58,523 nucleotides of DNA from Nitrospirae bacterium MYbin3 (lineage in GTDB: Bacteria > Nitrospirota > Thermodesulfovibrionia > Thermodesulfovibrionales > Dissulfurispiraceae). A program made the translations under genes and the position numbers. The notes beneath the pieces are model-generated. The model did not search any database and was not told the origin of the DNA. It saw only the letters and a program-made list of their open reading frames with translations. This document shows positions 29,794-40,397 of this stretch, one piece after another (the first letter of the stretch is position 1; the number at the start of each line of letters is the position of its first letter). The stretch is from assembly GCA_002753335.1 (NCBI GenBank), contig PEAD01000019.1:1-58523 (forward strand), read 5' to 3'.

Positions 29794-32436
29794 ATGACAA
29801 AGCAGCATAAAGCAGAACAAAAAAAGAAAAATTCCATAAACGTCAACCAACCATCAATACTAACAGATACAGCGTTAGAGACTAAAGAAGCAGAAATCGC
29901 TTTCCCGATAGTCGGCATCGGCGCATCGGCTGGAGGCCTTGAAGCACTGGAACAGTTTCTCAGCCATGTGCCGAAAAAAAGCGGCGCTGCGTTTGTGATT
30001 GTGCAGCATCTCGACCCCACACACAAGGGCATGATGACCGAACTCCTTCAGCGCTGCACCACCATGAAGGTCACGCAGGTCAAAGACCGCATGAAAATTG
30101 AACCTGATTGCGTATATGTAATTCCGCCTAACAGAGACATGTCCATACTGCACGGAACCCTTCACCTGATTGAACCTGTTGAACCGCGGGGCCTGCGTTT
30201 GCCCATAGACTCATTTTTCCGCTCATTGGCCGAAGACATGAGACACCTCAGCATCGGCGTAATACTTTCTGGCATGGGCAGCGACGGCACAAGAGGACTT
30301 GCAGCTATCAAAGAAAAAGCAGGGCTTGCCTTAGTGCAGGAACCCTCGACAGCCAGATTCGACGGCATGCCCCGAAGTGCAATAGATGCCGGATTTGCTG
30401 ATATTACAGCTTCCGCAGACAGTCTGCCCGAAAAACTGATGCAATACCTGAACACGGCCCATAGCATTAATAGAATTAATCCTGTGATTGAAGGCAAAAC
30501 AAAAAGCGCACTCGAAAAGGCTGTAATCCTTTTGCGCAGCAAAACAGGCAACGACTTTTCTCTGTACAAAAAGAGCACCGTTTACCGCAGGATAGAGCGT
30601 CGCATGAGCATTCACCAGATAGACAAAATAGATGTTTACATACATTATCTACAGGAAAACCCGAATGAGCTGGAGCTGCTGTTCAAAGAGCTGTTAATCG
30701 GGGTGACCAGTTTTTTTCGCGATCCCGCAGCGTGGGACAATCTAAAAACAAAGCTGATTCCTGAACTCATTTCAAAACGAAACAGCAACTATACCCTTCG
30801 GGCATGGATTCCTGGCTGTTCAACAGGAGAGGAGGCCTATTCACTTGCTATGGTGTTTAAAGAGGCGCTTGAAGAGGTCAATCCGAAAAAGATATTCTCT
30901 TTTCAGATATACGCGACCGACCTTGACCGCGATGCAATAGAGAAGGCGCGTCAGGGATTCTTCTCGGCAAATATAGCAACAGAGGTTTCTTCCGAACGAC
31001 TAAGACGTTTTTTTGTGAAGGAAGAAAACGGCTATCGCGTAAACAGAGAGATCCGCGAAATGGTGGTATTTGCCCCCCAGAATGTCATTATGGATCCCCC
31101 CTTCACAAAACTGGACATACTCTGCTGTAGAAACCTTCTGATATACTTCACCACAGAACTACAGAAGAAACTCATACCGATTTTCCATTACAGCCTTAAT
31201 CCGGGCGGCATCCTTTTTTTGGGGAGCGCCGAAACCATAGGCAGCTTTACGGATATGTTTGTGCCATGTGAGGGCAAGGACAGACTTTACAAGAAAAAAG
31301 AATCGGCTGTGGGCTCCAATCAGATAGAGTTTCCAACAGCATTCTTTCCATCAACTATCGACAATAACGCAAAAGGCATTGTCCACAAACCAGTAGAAAA
31401 CCTTCAATCTCTGGCTGACCAACTGCTGCTTCAAAGTTTTTCACCGCCTGCAGTACTGGTTACGCAACAGGGTGACATCCTATACATCAGCGGAAAGACC
31501 GGCAAATACCTTGAGCCTGCTGCCGGAAAGGCGAACTGGAATATCTTTGCGATGGCGCGCGAGGGGCTGCGCTACCACCTCGCAGCAGCATTCAAAAAAG
31601 CGCTCAAACAGCAGGAGCTTCTCAAGGTCAGGGGAGTAAAACTGGAAACCGAGGGAAGAACTCAGCTTGTTAACCTTACTCTGCAGGTTATCAGCGAGCC
31701 TGAATCGCTCAAGGGAATGGTGATGATAGTATTTGAGGATGCCTCTGAGCTCACAAAAACAAAGAGACATTCCGGCAGCAGAAAAATCTCTGACCATGAG
31801 GAAGCGGTTGAAGAACTCAAGCGCCAACTGCAGGAGGCGCGCCATGAACTGCAGTCTGCCCGCGAAGAGATGCAGTCTTCTCAGGAAGAGCTCAAGTCCT
31901 CCAATGAAGAGATGCAGTCCACAAATGAGGAACTCCAATCCACAAACGAAGAACTGACAACCTCAAAGGAAGAAATGCAGTCCCTCAATGAAGAGCTGCA
32001 GACGGTCAACGCCGAACTGCAGGCCAAGATAGACGAGCTTTCTCGCACAAGCGACGATATGAAGAACCTTCTAAACAGCACCGACATTGCAACATTGTTT
32101 CTGGACAACAACCTCAATGTGCGAAGGTTCACCACACAGGCAACCAATATTATCAAGCTTATTCCGGGTGATGTTGGCCGACCTGTTACAGATATTGTTT
32201 CTGACCTTCAGTATCCGACCTTGCCTGAGGATGCCCGCGAAGTATTGAGAACTCTTGTATTCACAAATAAAGAAGTCCCGGCAACAGATGGACGCTGGTT
32301 TGCGGTGCGCATAATGCCTTACCGTACGCAGGAGAGCATTATAGACGGTGTGGTCATAACATTCATGGAAATTACTACAGCTAAAAAACTTGAGGCCGAG
32401 CTGAGACGAGCCAATGACCAAACATCAGCGGCCTAA
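29794..32436 (+). CDS. CheB-CheR fusion protein with coiled coil and PAS domain
   Basis: CheB GASAGG/QHL/GMGSDG; CheR LLIGVTSFFRD, GCSTGEEAYS, CRNLLIY; (E/Q)E heptads; C-terminal PAS. Confidence 0.93.
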   Translation: MTKQHKAEQKKKNSINVNQPSILTDTALETKEAEIAFPIVGIGASAGGLEALEQFLSHVPKKSGAAFVIVQHLDPTHKGMMTELLQRCTTMKVTQVKDRMKIEPDCVYVIPPNRDMSILHGTLHLIEPVEPRGLRLPIDSFFRSLAEDMRHLSIGVILSGMGSDGTRGLAAIKEKAGLALVQEPSTARFDGMPRSAIDAGFADITASADSLPEKLMQYLNTAHSINRINPVIEGKTKSALEKAVILLRSKTGNDFSLYKKSTVYRRIERRMSIHQIDKIDVYIHYLQENPNELELLFKELLIGVTSFFRDPAAWDNLKTKLIPELISKRNSNYTLRAWIPGCSTGEEAYSLAMVFKEALEEVNPKKIFSFQIYATDLDRDAIEKARQGFFSANIATEVSSERLRRFFVKEENGYRVNREIREMVVFAPQNVIMDPPFTKLDILCCRNLLIYFTTELQKKLIPIFHYSLNPGGILFLGSAETIGSFTDMFVPCEGKDRLYKKKESAVGSNQIEFPTAFFPSTIDNNAKGIVHKPVENLQSLADQLLLQSFSPPAVLVTQQGDILYISGKTGKYLEPAAGKANWNIFAMAREGLRYHLAAAFKKALKQQELLKVRGVKLETEGRTQLVNLTLQVISEPESLKGMVMIVFEDASELTKTKRHSGSRKISDHEEAVEELKRQLQEARHELQSAREEMQSSQEELKSSNEEMQSTNEELQSTNEELTTSKEEMQSLNEELQTVNAELQAKIDELSRTSDDMKNLLNSTDIATLFLDNNLNVRRFTTQATNIIKLIPGDVGRPVTDIVSDLQYPTLPEDAREVLRTLVFTNKEVPATDGRWFAVRIMPYRTQESIIDGVVITFMEITTAKKLEAELRRANDQTSAA
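31864..32001 (+). repeat. 21-bp-period coding repeat (EEMQSSQ/EELQSTN heptads)
   Basis: EEMQSSQ EELKSSN EEMQSTN EELQSTN EELTTSK EEMQSLN EELQ. Confidence 0.75.
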
Positions 32437-34024
32437 ACCCGGACAAGAAGGTGCAGATTTGAGCAAAAATAAAACTGACAACAGTCTGCGCACCTCGGCA
32501 GAAAAGATGTTGAAAAAGAAAAATCTCATGCCTTTCCACGAGATGTCTGACGGACATGCCAATCTGCTTATGCATGAACTTCAGGTGCATCAGATAGAAC
32601 TTGAGCTGCAGAATGAAGAACTTACCCGGATGAGGGCTGAGCTTGAGGCAACTCTGGGCAACTACACCTCTCTTTATGATTTTGCGCCTGTGGGATATTT
32701 TGTGTTTGATGCATCCGGTGTTATCCGTTCGGTAAATCTTACCGGCGCAACCATGCTTGGTATTGAGAGATCGCTCATCATTAAAAAACGCTTCGGGAGT
32801 TTTGTTGATGAAGCTGACCTTCCGAAATGGAACAGTCACATAATAAACGTACAACAAAATGTAGAAAAACAGACCTGCGAATTGAAAATCAAGAGAGATG
32901 ATGGCACCAGTTTCTATGCCAGGCTTGAAAGTATAAGGGTGGATTCAGGTGATAAAGTCTTTGTAATTCGCACAGCAGTGAGTGATGTTTCTGAGAGCAA
33001 ACAAATGGAGAAGGCACTTAGGAAAAGCGAATATCTACTACAGACAATCATTGACACAGAACCTCAATGTGTAAAAATGCTTGATGCTGATGCCAACCTT
33101 ATCATGATGAATAAGGCAGGCCTTAAAATGATACAGGTTGATTCTCTTGATCAGGTAAAAGGCCAATGTGTCCGGCCGTTGATAGTATCTGAGCATTGGG
33201 AATCGTTCATGAACCTTACAAAGCGGGTGTTCATGGGAGAATCCGGCAGCTTGGTTTTCGAGATAACCGGGTTTAAAGGCAGACATTTATGGCTTGAAAC
33301 TCATGCCGTTCCTTTTAGAAACGAACAGAATGAAATTGTTGCCCTTCTCAGCGTAACTCTTAACATAACCGCGCGCAGGCAGGCGGATGAAAAAATCAGA
33401 AACCTTCTTGCCGAAAAAGATCTCATCCTCAAAGAGGTTCACCACCGCATAAAGAACAACATGAATGTCATTGCGGGCCTGCTCTCCTTGCAGGCCAATA
33501 TGCTCGAAAACCAAGAAGCTGTTGCGGCATTGAATGACTCTAAATCCCGTGTAATAAGCATGATGGCTTTGTACGACAAACTTTACCGCTCTGAATGCTT
33601 TTTAGAAGTATCGTTTAAGGGATACGCCACACTTCTTATAAACGAAATTACCGCAAACTTCGCAAACCGTAAAAAAGTCAGAATCGAAATCCATATTGAA
33701 GACTTTATTATCAGCGCAAAGTTGTTATCAACGGTCGGAATAATTATTAATGAAATTGTAACCAATGCGATGAAGCACGCCTTTTCGGGCAGAAAAGACT
33801 GCCTGCTGTCAGTATCAGCAGCGCTTAAGAATCAATACATTACCCTTGTTATAGAGGACAATGGGGTTGGTCTTCCTGAATTTATTGACATTCATGAGCC
33901 AAAAGGATTTGGGCTTCAGCTTCTCAAAATGCTTACAAAGCAGCTTGGAGGCAGCATGAAAATAGAACGGGAGCAGGGAACAAGGTTTATTTTAAAATTC
34001 AAACAACAACCGCAGGGTGAATAG
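32414..34024 (+). CDS. PAS-PAS sensor histidine kinase (HisKA_2 type)
   Basis: HELQVHQIELELQNEEL, two PAS domains, EVHHRIKNN, NEIVTNAMKHAF, DNGVG, GFGL. Confidence 0.9.
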   Translation: MTKHQRPKPGQEGADLSKNKTDNSLRTSAEKMLKKKNLMPFHEMSDGHANLLMHELQVHQIELELQNEELTRMRAELEATLGNYTSLYDFAPVGYFVFDASGVIRSVNLTGATMLGIERSLIIKKRFGSFVDEADLPKWNSHIINVQQNVEKQTCELKIKRDDGTSFYARLESIRVDSGDKVFVIRTAVSDVSESKQMEKALRKSEYLLQTIIDTEPQCVKMLDADANLIMMNKAGLKMIQVDSLDQVKGQCVRPLIVSEHWESFMNLTKRVFMGESGSLVFEITGFKGRHLWLETHAVPFRNEQNEIVALLSVTLNITARRQADEKIRNLLAEKDLILKEVHHRIKNNMNVIAGLLSLQANMLENQEAVAALNDSKSRVISMMALYDKLYRSECFLEVSFKGYATLLINEITANFANRKKVRIEIHIEDFIISAKLLSTVGIIINEIVTNAMKHAFSGRKDCLLSVSAALKNQYITLVIEDNGVGLPEFIDIHEPKGFGLQLLKMLTKQLGGSMKIEREQGTRFILKFKQQPQGE

Positions 34025-34029
34025 TTTAG

Positions 34030-35391
34030 ATGGATGATATAGACAAGACCGGCAACCTCAGGCGGAAAGCAGAGGAAGAGTTTAAAAAGAGGAAGAAACT
34101 TTCTTCTTTTGAGCAAAAGGAGAAGGTTGACCTTCAGGCCATGGTCCACGAACTGCAGGTGCGGCAGAGTGAGCTTGAACTTCAGAACGAGGAGCTTATA
34201 CAGGCCCGTGAGAAAGAGCATAAACTCGAAGAGCAGCTCCGTCAGTCACAGAAGATGGAGGCCATCGGCGTGCTTGCAGCGGGCGTGGCGCATGACTTCA
34301 ACAACATTCTTACCGCAATAATCGGCTTTGGAGCTATGGCAAAAAAGAGGCTTAAAGAGGATTCCATATCCAAAGAATATATCGAAGAAATGCTTGCCGG
34401 AGCAGAGCGTGCGGCTGAACTCACACGAGGGCTTCTTGCCTTCAGCAGAAAACAGGTAATAATTCCAAAACTACAAAACCTTAACACTATAGTATTCACC
34501 ATCGAAAAGATGCTCAGCAGGCTTCTAAGGGAGAACATAGAATTTAAAACCGTTCTTAGCAGCAGCGATATTATTGTAAAGGTTGATGCATCGCAGATAG
34601 AGCAGGTGCTGCTGAACCTTGCGACCAATGCCCGCGATGCTATGCCTGACGGAGGGTATCTAATCATAGAGACAGGGGTTGCGGATATAGACAAACATTA
34701 CGCGGAGGCTAATCTTTTCGAAAATCCAGGCAGATATGCAGTGCTGACAGTATCAGATACAGGAATAGGGATGGCCCCCAAAACAAGCCTGAACATTTTT
34801 GAGCCGTTTTACACAACCAAGGAAGTCGGCAAAGGCACCGGACTTGGGTTGGCGATAGTTTACGGGGTCATCAAACAGCACGGCGGCAATATCAATGTGT
34901 ACAGCGAACCGGGCAAAGGCACAACCTTCAGGATATATCTGCCCTTGCTACAGTCAGCAGAAGATATAAAGCCCGAAATAGTCGAGGCAATACCTATGGG
35001 CAAGGGAGAAACGATACTGATAGCCGAGGATGAACCTAATGTAAGAAAAGTCAGCAGAATGTACCTTCAGGAATATGGCTACAAGACAATAGAAGCCGAC
35101 AATGGAGGGGAAGCTGTCAAAAAGTATAAAGAGAATGCTGATAAAGTTTCTCTTCTCCTTTTTGATATTATAATGCCTATAAAGAACGGCAGAGATGCCT
35201 ACGAAGAGATAAATAAACTCAACCATACTGTTAAGGTAATATTCATGAGCGGCTATACGGATGACATCGTCGCAAAGAAAGGAATACTGGAAGATGGCTT
35301 CGAATTTTTATCTAAGCCGCTCAATCTTGATACTCTGCTGAGGAAAGTAAGGGGGGTTTTGGACAGACAAAATGCTTTTAAAGAACAGTAA
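34030..35391 (+). CDS. Hybrid histidine kinase/receiver (CckA-like) without an evident sensor domain
   Basis: QSQKMEAIG.LAAGVAHDFNN, NARDAMP, FEPFYTTK.GKGTGLGL, C-terminal receiver. Confidence 0.92.
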   Translation: MDDIDKTGNLRRKAEEEFKKRKKLSSFEQKEKVDLQAMVHELQVRQSELELQNEELIQAREKEHKLEEQLRQSQKMEAIGVLAAGVAHDFNNILTAIIGFGAMAKKRLKEDSISKEYIEEMLAGAERAAELTRGLLAFSRKQVIIPKLQNLNTIVFTIEKMLSRLLRENIEFKTVLSSSDIIVKVDASQIEQVLLNLATNARDAMPDGGYLIIETGVADIDKHYAEANLFENPGRYAVLTVSDTGIGMAPKTSLNIFEPFYTTKEVGKGTGLGLAIVYGVIKQHGGNINVYSEPGKGTTFRIYLPLLQSAEDIKPEIVEAIPMGKGETILIAEDEPNVRKVSRMYLQEYGYKTIEADNGGEAVKKYKENADKVSLLLFDIIMPIKNGRDAYEEINKLNHTVKVIFMSGYTDDIVAKKGILEDGFEFLSKPLNLDTLLRKVRGVLDRQNAFKEQ

Positions 35392-38104
35392 TATGCCTTT
35401 TTACAAAAAATTACATTATGTTGTTTTTATTATCTGTATTCTTAGCACGCTTCTTGTCTGGTATTTCTCTTCAAGCTATATCAGACAACAGGCTAAACAA
35501 AGATTTCTCGCACGGACAGGCCAGATTACAGATCAGCTCGTTGAAAGGATGTATGCGAACAGAACAATTCTGCGTGGCGCTGCAGCGCTGTTCGATGCCT
35601 CTGACGATGTAACTCGCAAAGACTGGCGCACTTATGTTGAGAGCCTTCGAATCCACGAACATTATCCGGGGATACAGGGCATCGGATTTTCGCAGTTCAT
35701 AAAGCCTTCTGAATTGCGATCACACATTTCAAAAATCAGGTCTGAAGGTTTCCCAAACTATACTGTCCGTCCTGAAGGCGACCGTCAGGGATATACCTCT
35801 ATCATTTATCTGGAGCCCTTTGATGAACGAAACCAGAGGGCGTTCGGCTATGACATGTTCAGCGAACCTGTGCGCCGCAGAGCAATGGAAAGGTCAAGAG
35901 ACACGAATACAACGGTCATAACGAGCAAGGTTAAGCTTGTGCAGGAAACAGAGAAGGATGTTCAGAATGGTTTTCTTATGTATGTGCCTGTTTACAAAAA
36001 AAGCATGCCGGTTAACGATGAGCAGGAACGGCGGCTTGCTCTTTCAGGATATGTTTACAGTCCATTTCGCATCAAGGACCTCATGAATGCGCTTTTCAAA
36101 GGGGCGCTGCTTGATGTTGACCTCGAAATATATGACGGCAATGAAATATCAATAGAAAATAAATTATATGACAGCAACAATGATGGTTATGGACTATCAA
36201 AAGACAGTCATCGTTCATTTATCGAAAAGAAAGTTGTGAATATGCATGGGCATAAATGGACGCTCGTTTATTCTCCTTTAGAACCGTTTGTATTAGCTTC
36301 AGAATCATATCTGCCTGCAGGCGTTATCCCGATCGGGTTGATAATAAGTTTTTCTCTTGCACTGTTAATGTGGCTGCAGGAAAGGTCCCGTGAACAGGCG
36401 CTCGCTATGGCCGCTTTGGGCAATGAGATGCGGCTGCTTTTGGAGGCAAGTGGGGAAGGGATTTATGGCATCGACCTGAACGGGTGCTGCACATTCATAA
36501 ACAATTCTGCATTAAAGATGCTGGGCTACGATCTGCCCGAGGACCTGCTGGGCAGAAATATGCATGATATGATCCATCACAGCAGAAATGACGGCTCGCC
36601 TTATCCTGTTGACGAGTGTCCTATTTTCATTGCCTTTAAAATAGGAGAGGCTTGTAGTATTGAGGATGAGGTGTTCTGGCGCAAGGACGGTACAGCTTTC
36701 TATACAATATATTCATCTAATCCACTCTTCGAAAAGGGCGCAATAAAGGGCGCTGTTGTGACATTCTCGGACATCACCGAACGCAAGCTGGCAGAAGAAA
36801 GAATCCTGGAATTGAACACAACTTTAGAGAATCGTGTACTGGAACGCACAGAGCAATTAAACTCGATGATTGACGAGCTGCAAGAGGAGATTGACTACCG
36901 CAAGAAAGCAGAAAAGGATCTGACCGAGAGTGAAGCCCGCTACCGGCAGATTACCAAGACGGTCACCGATTATATCTATACGGTGAGTGTTGAAAACGGT
37001 GTGGTGGTGAATACGGTTCACGGCGAGGGCTGCCAGTCTATAACAGGCTACTTGCCAGATGAATTCGATTCTGATCAATATCTGTGGCTTAACATGGTGT
37101 TTATTGATGACCGTGATGAGGTGTTGAGACGAACCAAGAAAATATTATCAGGAGCGGCAGTGCCTGCTATCGAACATCGCATTATAAAGAAAGACGGGGC
37201 TTTGCGATGGGTCAGAAGCACCTGCGTTCAAAAATATGACGATAAAGGCAGGCTCCAGTCATACGATGGATTAATTCAGGATATAACCGAGCGCAAACTT
37301 GTGGAGTCCGAACTTTTGCATGACCGCGACTATCTGGAAAAGGTTGTTGCTGAACGGACCAAACAGTTGGAGGAGGCTCGGGATGCTGCCGAATCTGCCA
37401 ATATTGCCAAATCCGAATTTCTTGCGAACATGAGCCACGAACTGAGAACACCGCTGAACTCGATAATAGGCTTTTCTGAGGTGCTTCAAGACGAGTTCTC
37501 GGGCCCCTTGAACGAACAGCAGAAGGACTACCTGAACGATATACGCTCAAGCGGCAAGCATCTGCTGAGCCTGATCAACGACATCCTCGATCTTTCGAAA
37601 GTGGAAGCAGGAAAGATGGAGCTGGAACTGGGCAGCGTTCATGTAAGAGAGGTGCTGGGCCATTCTCTGTCGATGTTAAAGGAAAAGGCGGTTAAAGGCG
37701 GTATAATACTGAAACTGGATGTTGCGCCTGATGCGGATATAGAGATCGCGGCAGACGAGAGGAAGCTGAAGCAGATAATCTTCAATCTTCTAAGCAACGC
37801 GGTAAAGTTCACGTCTAACGGAGGAAGGGTTACCGTATCTGCGAGACGGGTTGAGGACTTCATAGAAATAGCGGTTACCGATACCGGGATTGGGATAAAA
37901 CCTGAGGACATAGCAAAACTTTTCCATGAGTTTTCGCAGCTGGAATCAACATATGAGAAAAAATATGAGGGCTCAGGGCTGGGACTGGCACTGACCAAGA
38001 GGCTTGTGGAGCTTCACGGAGGAAGCATACGCCTTGAAAGCGAATACGGCAAGGGAAGCAGTTTTGTGTTTAAAATTCCGGCAGGGCGATCGGAGGATAA
38101 ATAA
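35372..38104 (+). CDS. CHASE-PAS-PAS sensor histidine kinase
   Basis: TM-CHASE (YLEP...N.RAFGYDM.SEP.RR)-TM, two PAS domains, [14 protein letters not shown], HATPase. Confidence 0.92.
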   Translation: MLLKNSNMPFYKKLHYVVFIICILSTLLVWYFSSSYIRQQAKQRFLARTGQITDQLVERMYANRTILRGAAALFDASDDVTRKDWRTYVESLRIHEHYPGIQGIGFSQFIKPSELRSHISKIRSEGFPNYTVRPEGDRQGYTSIIYLEPFDERNQRAFGYDMFSEPVRRRAMERSRDTNTTVITSKVKLVQETEKDVQNGFLMYVPVYKKSMPVNDEQERRLALSGYVYSPFRIKDLMNALFKGALLDVDLEIYDGNEISIENKLYDSNNDGYGLSKDSHRSFIEKKVVNMHGHKWTLVYSPLEPFVLASESYLPAGVIPIGLIISFSLALLMWLQERSREQALAMAALGNEMRLLLEASGEGIYGIDLNGCCTFINNSALKMLGYDLPEDLLGRNMHDMIHHSRNDGSPYPVDECPIFIAFKIGEACSIEDEVFWRKDGTAFYTIYSSNPLFEKGAIKGAVVTFSDITERKLAEERILELNTTLENRVLERTEQLNSMIDELQEEIDYRKKAEKDLTESEARYRQITKTVTDYIYTVSVENGVVVNTVHGEGCQSITGYLPDEFDSDQYLWLNMVFIDDRDEVLRRTKKILSGAAVPAIEHRIIKKDGALRWVRSTCVQKYDDKGRLQSYDGLIQDITERKLVESELLHDRDYLEKVVAERTKQLEEARDAAESANIAKSEFLANMSHELRTPLNSIIGFSEVLQDEFSGPLNEQQKDYLNDIRSSGKHLLSLINDILDLSKVEAGKMELELGSVHVREVLGHSLSMLKEKAVKGGIILKLDVAPDADIEIAADERKLKQIIFNLLSNAVKFTSNGGRVTVSARRVEDFIEIAVTDTGIGIKPEDIAKLFHEFSQLESTYEKKYEGSGLGLALTKRLVELHGGSIRLESEYGKGSSFVFKIPAGRSEDK

Positions 38105-38481
38105 TGAAAAGCAAGATACTAATCGTGGAGGATAATCCCAAGAACAGGAAACTAATGGCAGATATCCTGAGGCACTACAGTTTTGATGTCATAGAGGCCG
38201 AAGATGGCGCAAAAGGGATAGAGGCTGCCAAAAAGCATATCCCTGACCTGATCTTCATGGATATACAGATGCCCGGAATAAGCGGGTTTGAAGCTATCAA
38301 GGCTCTGAAGGAGAATATGGAAACCAAGCATATAAAAATCATTGCTGTAACATCCTTTGCGATGAGTGGCGACAAGGAAAAAATACTTGCGGCAGGCGCT
38401 GACGGCTATATATCAAAGCCGATAGACACGCGTGAACTGCCGAAAATCGCAAAAGAGAATATGCCGGACATAAATGGATAA
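38104..38481 (+). CDS. Single-domain response regulator (DivK-like)
   Basis: [29 protein letters not shown]. Confidence 0.93.
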   Translation: MKSKILIVEDNPKNRKLMADILRHYSFDVIEAEDGAKGIEAAKKHIPDLIFMDIQMPGISGFEAIKALKENMETKHIKIIAVTSFAMSGDKEKILAAGADGYISKPIDTRELPKIAKENMPDING

Positions 38482-40003
38482 GACACTTGATAAGATAGAC
38501 ACCATGAGCATCCTGTTTCTTGGATTCTCTCTGGCAGCGCTTTATGTGGTCAGCCTACATAATTACCTGCTGTTTCACAGCATCGCTGAACTGTTCAGCA
38601 TAGTCATCGCCTATGCACTTTCGATAGTTGCCTGGAATTCACGCAGATATTACCAAAACAACTATCTTCTTTTCATAGGCATCGCCTATTTCTTTGTGGC
38701 GTCCCTTGATGTGCTGCATACGCTTGCATATAAAGGCATGGGTGTATTCAAGAGTTTTGACGACAACAATCTGCCCCCACAGATATGGATAGCAGCCCGG
38801 TTTCTCGAAAGCCTTGTACTTCTTATAGCTCCTGTTTTTTTCAGGAAAAGACTGCGGATTGCTCCGACAATAGCTGCCTTTGCCCTGATAATGGTGTTTT
38901 TGCTTTTAACTATATTTTACTGGCGAGTCTTTCCGGACTGTTTTGTTACAGGTGTGGGGCTCACCGCATTCAAGATACAAAGCGAACACATTATCGTCGC
39001 GGTTCTGATAGCAGCACTCGCTTTGCTTCTGCAAAACAGAAATCAGTTCGAAAAGAATGTGCTCAATCTCTTGATGCTGTCGATAGTGGCCACAATAATA
39101 ACCGAGATCTGCTTCACCTTTTATGTGAACCTCTACGGCAAATCGAACCTTATCGGTCATATGTTCAAAATACTGTCCTTCTACTTTATGTACAAGGCGA
39201 TCATACAGACCGGCCTCACAGAGCCTTACGCGCTCTTGTTTAGAGACCTCAAGAAAAACGAGGAGCGCCTGGAAATAGCCCTGCTTCAAGCAGAATCTGC
39301 AAGCAGGGCAAAATCCGAATTCCTTGCGAACATGAGCCACGAACTGCGGACCCCTTTGAATTCAATAATAGGCTTTTCTGAGGTGCTTCAGGATCAACTG
39401 TTCGGAAAACTGAACGAACAGCAGAAAGATTACATCGGTGATATAAAATCAAGCGGCAAGCATCTGCTGAGCCTGATCAACGACATCCTCGATCTTTCGA
39501 AAGTGGAAGCAGGAAAGATGGATATGGAGCAGAATGTTGTTCAACTGAAAAAAGCTTTAGAGCAATCAGTGTCCATTTTGAAGGAAAAAGCATTAAAGGG
39601 CGGTGCAAACCTGGAACTTTATGTCGCGCCCGAGGCGGATATCGAAATCATTGCAGATGAAAGAAAGCTGAAGCAGATAATGTTCAACCTGTTAAGCAAT
39701 GCAGTAAAGTTCACGCCCGAAGGCGGCAGCGTTACCGTGAAAGCAGAACGGTTAGATGATTTTATAGAAATATCGGTAACTGACACCGGAATCGGGATAA
39801 AATCTGAAGATATGCACAAACTATTTCAGGAGTTTTCGCAGTTGGAGTCACCTTACCATAAAAAATACGAAGGCACCGGTCTGGGATTGGCTTTGACCAA
39901 GAAACTGATAGAGCTTCATGGCGGCACTATTCGCCTTGAGAGTGAATACTGCAAAGGAAGCGTATTTGTGGTTAAGCTTCCTTTAAGACAACAGCACAAA
40001 TGA
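38474..40003 (+). CDS. MASE3-domain membrane sensor histidine kinase
   Basis: [17 protein letters not shown]...[26 protein letters not shown]; HATPase. Confidence 0.9.
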   Translation: MDKTLDKIDTMSILFLGFSLAALYVVSLHNYLLFHSIAELFSIVIAYALSIVAWNSRRYYQNNYLLFIGIAYFFVASLDVLHTLAYKGMGVFKSFDDNNLPPQIWIAARFLESLVLLIAPVFFRKRLRIAPTIAAFALIMVFLLLTIFYWRVFPDCFVTGVGLTAFKIQSEHIIVAVLIAALALLLQNRNQFEKNVLNLLMLSIVATIITEICFTFYVNLYGKSNLIGHMFKILSFYFMYKAIIQTGLTEPYALLFRDLKKNEERLEIALLQAESASRAKSEFLANMSHELRTPLNSIIGFSEVLQDQLFGKLNEQQKDYIGDIKSSGKHLLSLINDILDLSKVEAGKMDMEQNVVQLKKALEQSVSILKEKALKGGANLELYVAPEADIEIIADERKLKQIMFNLLSNAVKFTPEGGSVTVKAERLDDFIEISVTDTGIGIKSEDMHKLFQEFSQLESPYHKKYEGTGLGLALTKKLIELHGGTIRLESEYCKGSVFVVKLPLRQQHK

Positions 40004-40013
40004 GAAGGACTCA

Positions 40014-40397
40014 ATGAATATAAAAAAAAGAGTGTTGTGCGTGGACGATGATTTTATGAGCCAAAAGATTCTTAAGGCGCTCCTTTCTGCAGGCGGTGTT
40101 GATGTTGTTATTGCAGAGAACGGAGAATCAGCTCTGGAGTTGGTAAATAAAGAAGCAATAGACTTGATTTTTATGGATGCGCTTATGCCCGGCATCAGCG
40201 GGTTTGAGGCCTGTAAAATACTTAAGTCAACCGAACAGCACAAACATATTCCGGTGATTATGCTTACAGGATTGAGCTCCTCAGATAGTGAACGCATGAG
40301 CAAAGAAGCTGGAGCTGATGGATGGCTAGAAAAACCGATTGATAAAAAACGCTTGACCGAAAAACTCGATACCCATCTTAAAAAGGAGCTGAGATGA
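40014..40397 (+). CDS. Single-domain response regulator
   Basis: VLCVDDD, DLIFMD.LMP, MLTG, KP. Confidence 0.9.
   Translation: MNIKKRVLCVDDDFMSQKILKALLSAGGVDVVIAENGESALELVNKEAIDLIFMDALMPGISGFEACKILKSTEQHKHIPVIMLTGLSSSDSERMSKEAGADGWLEKPIDKKRLTEKLDTHLKKELR

Noticed and set aside
31864..32001. Periodic DNA as a CRISPR array or VNTR
   Set aside because: Degenerate 21-nt period explained by coiled-coil heptads within a CDS; no spacers or cas genes
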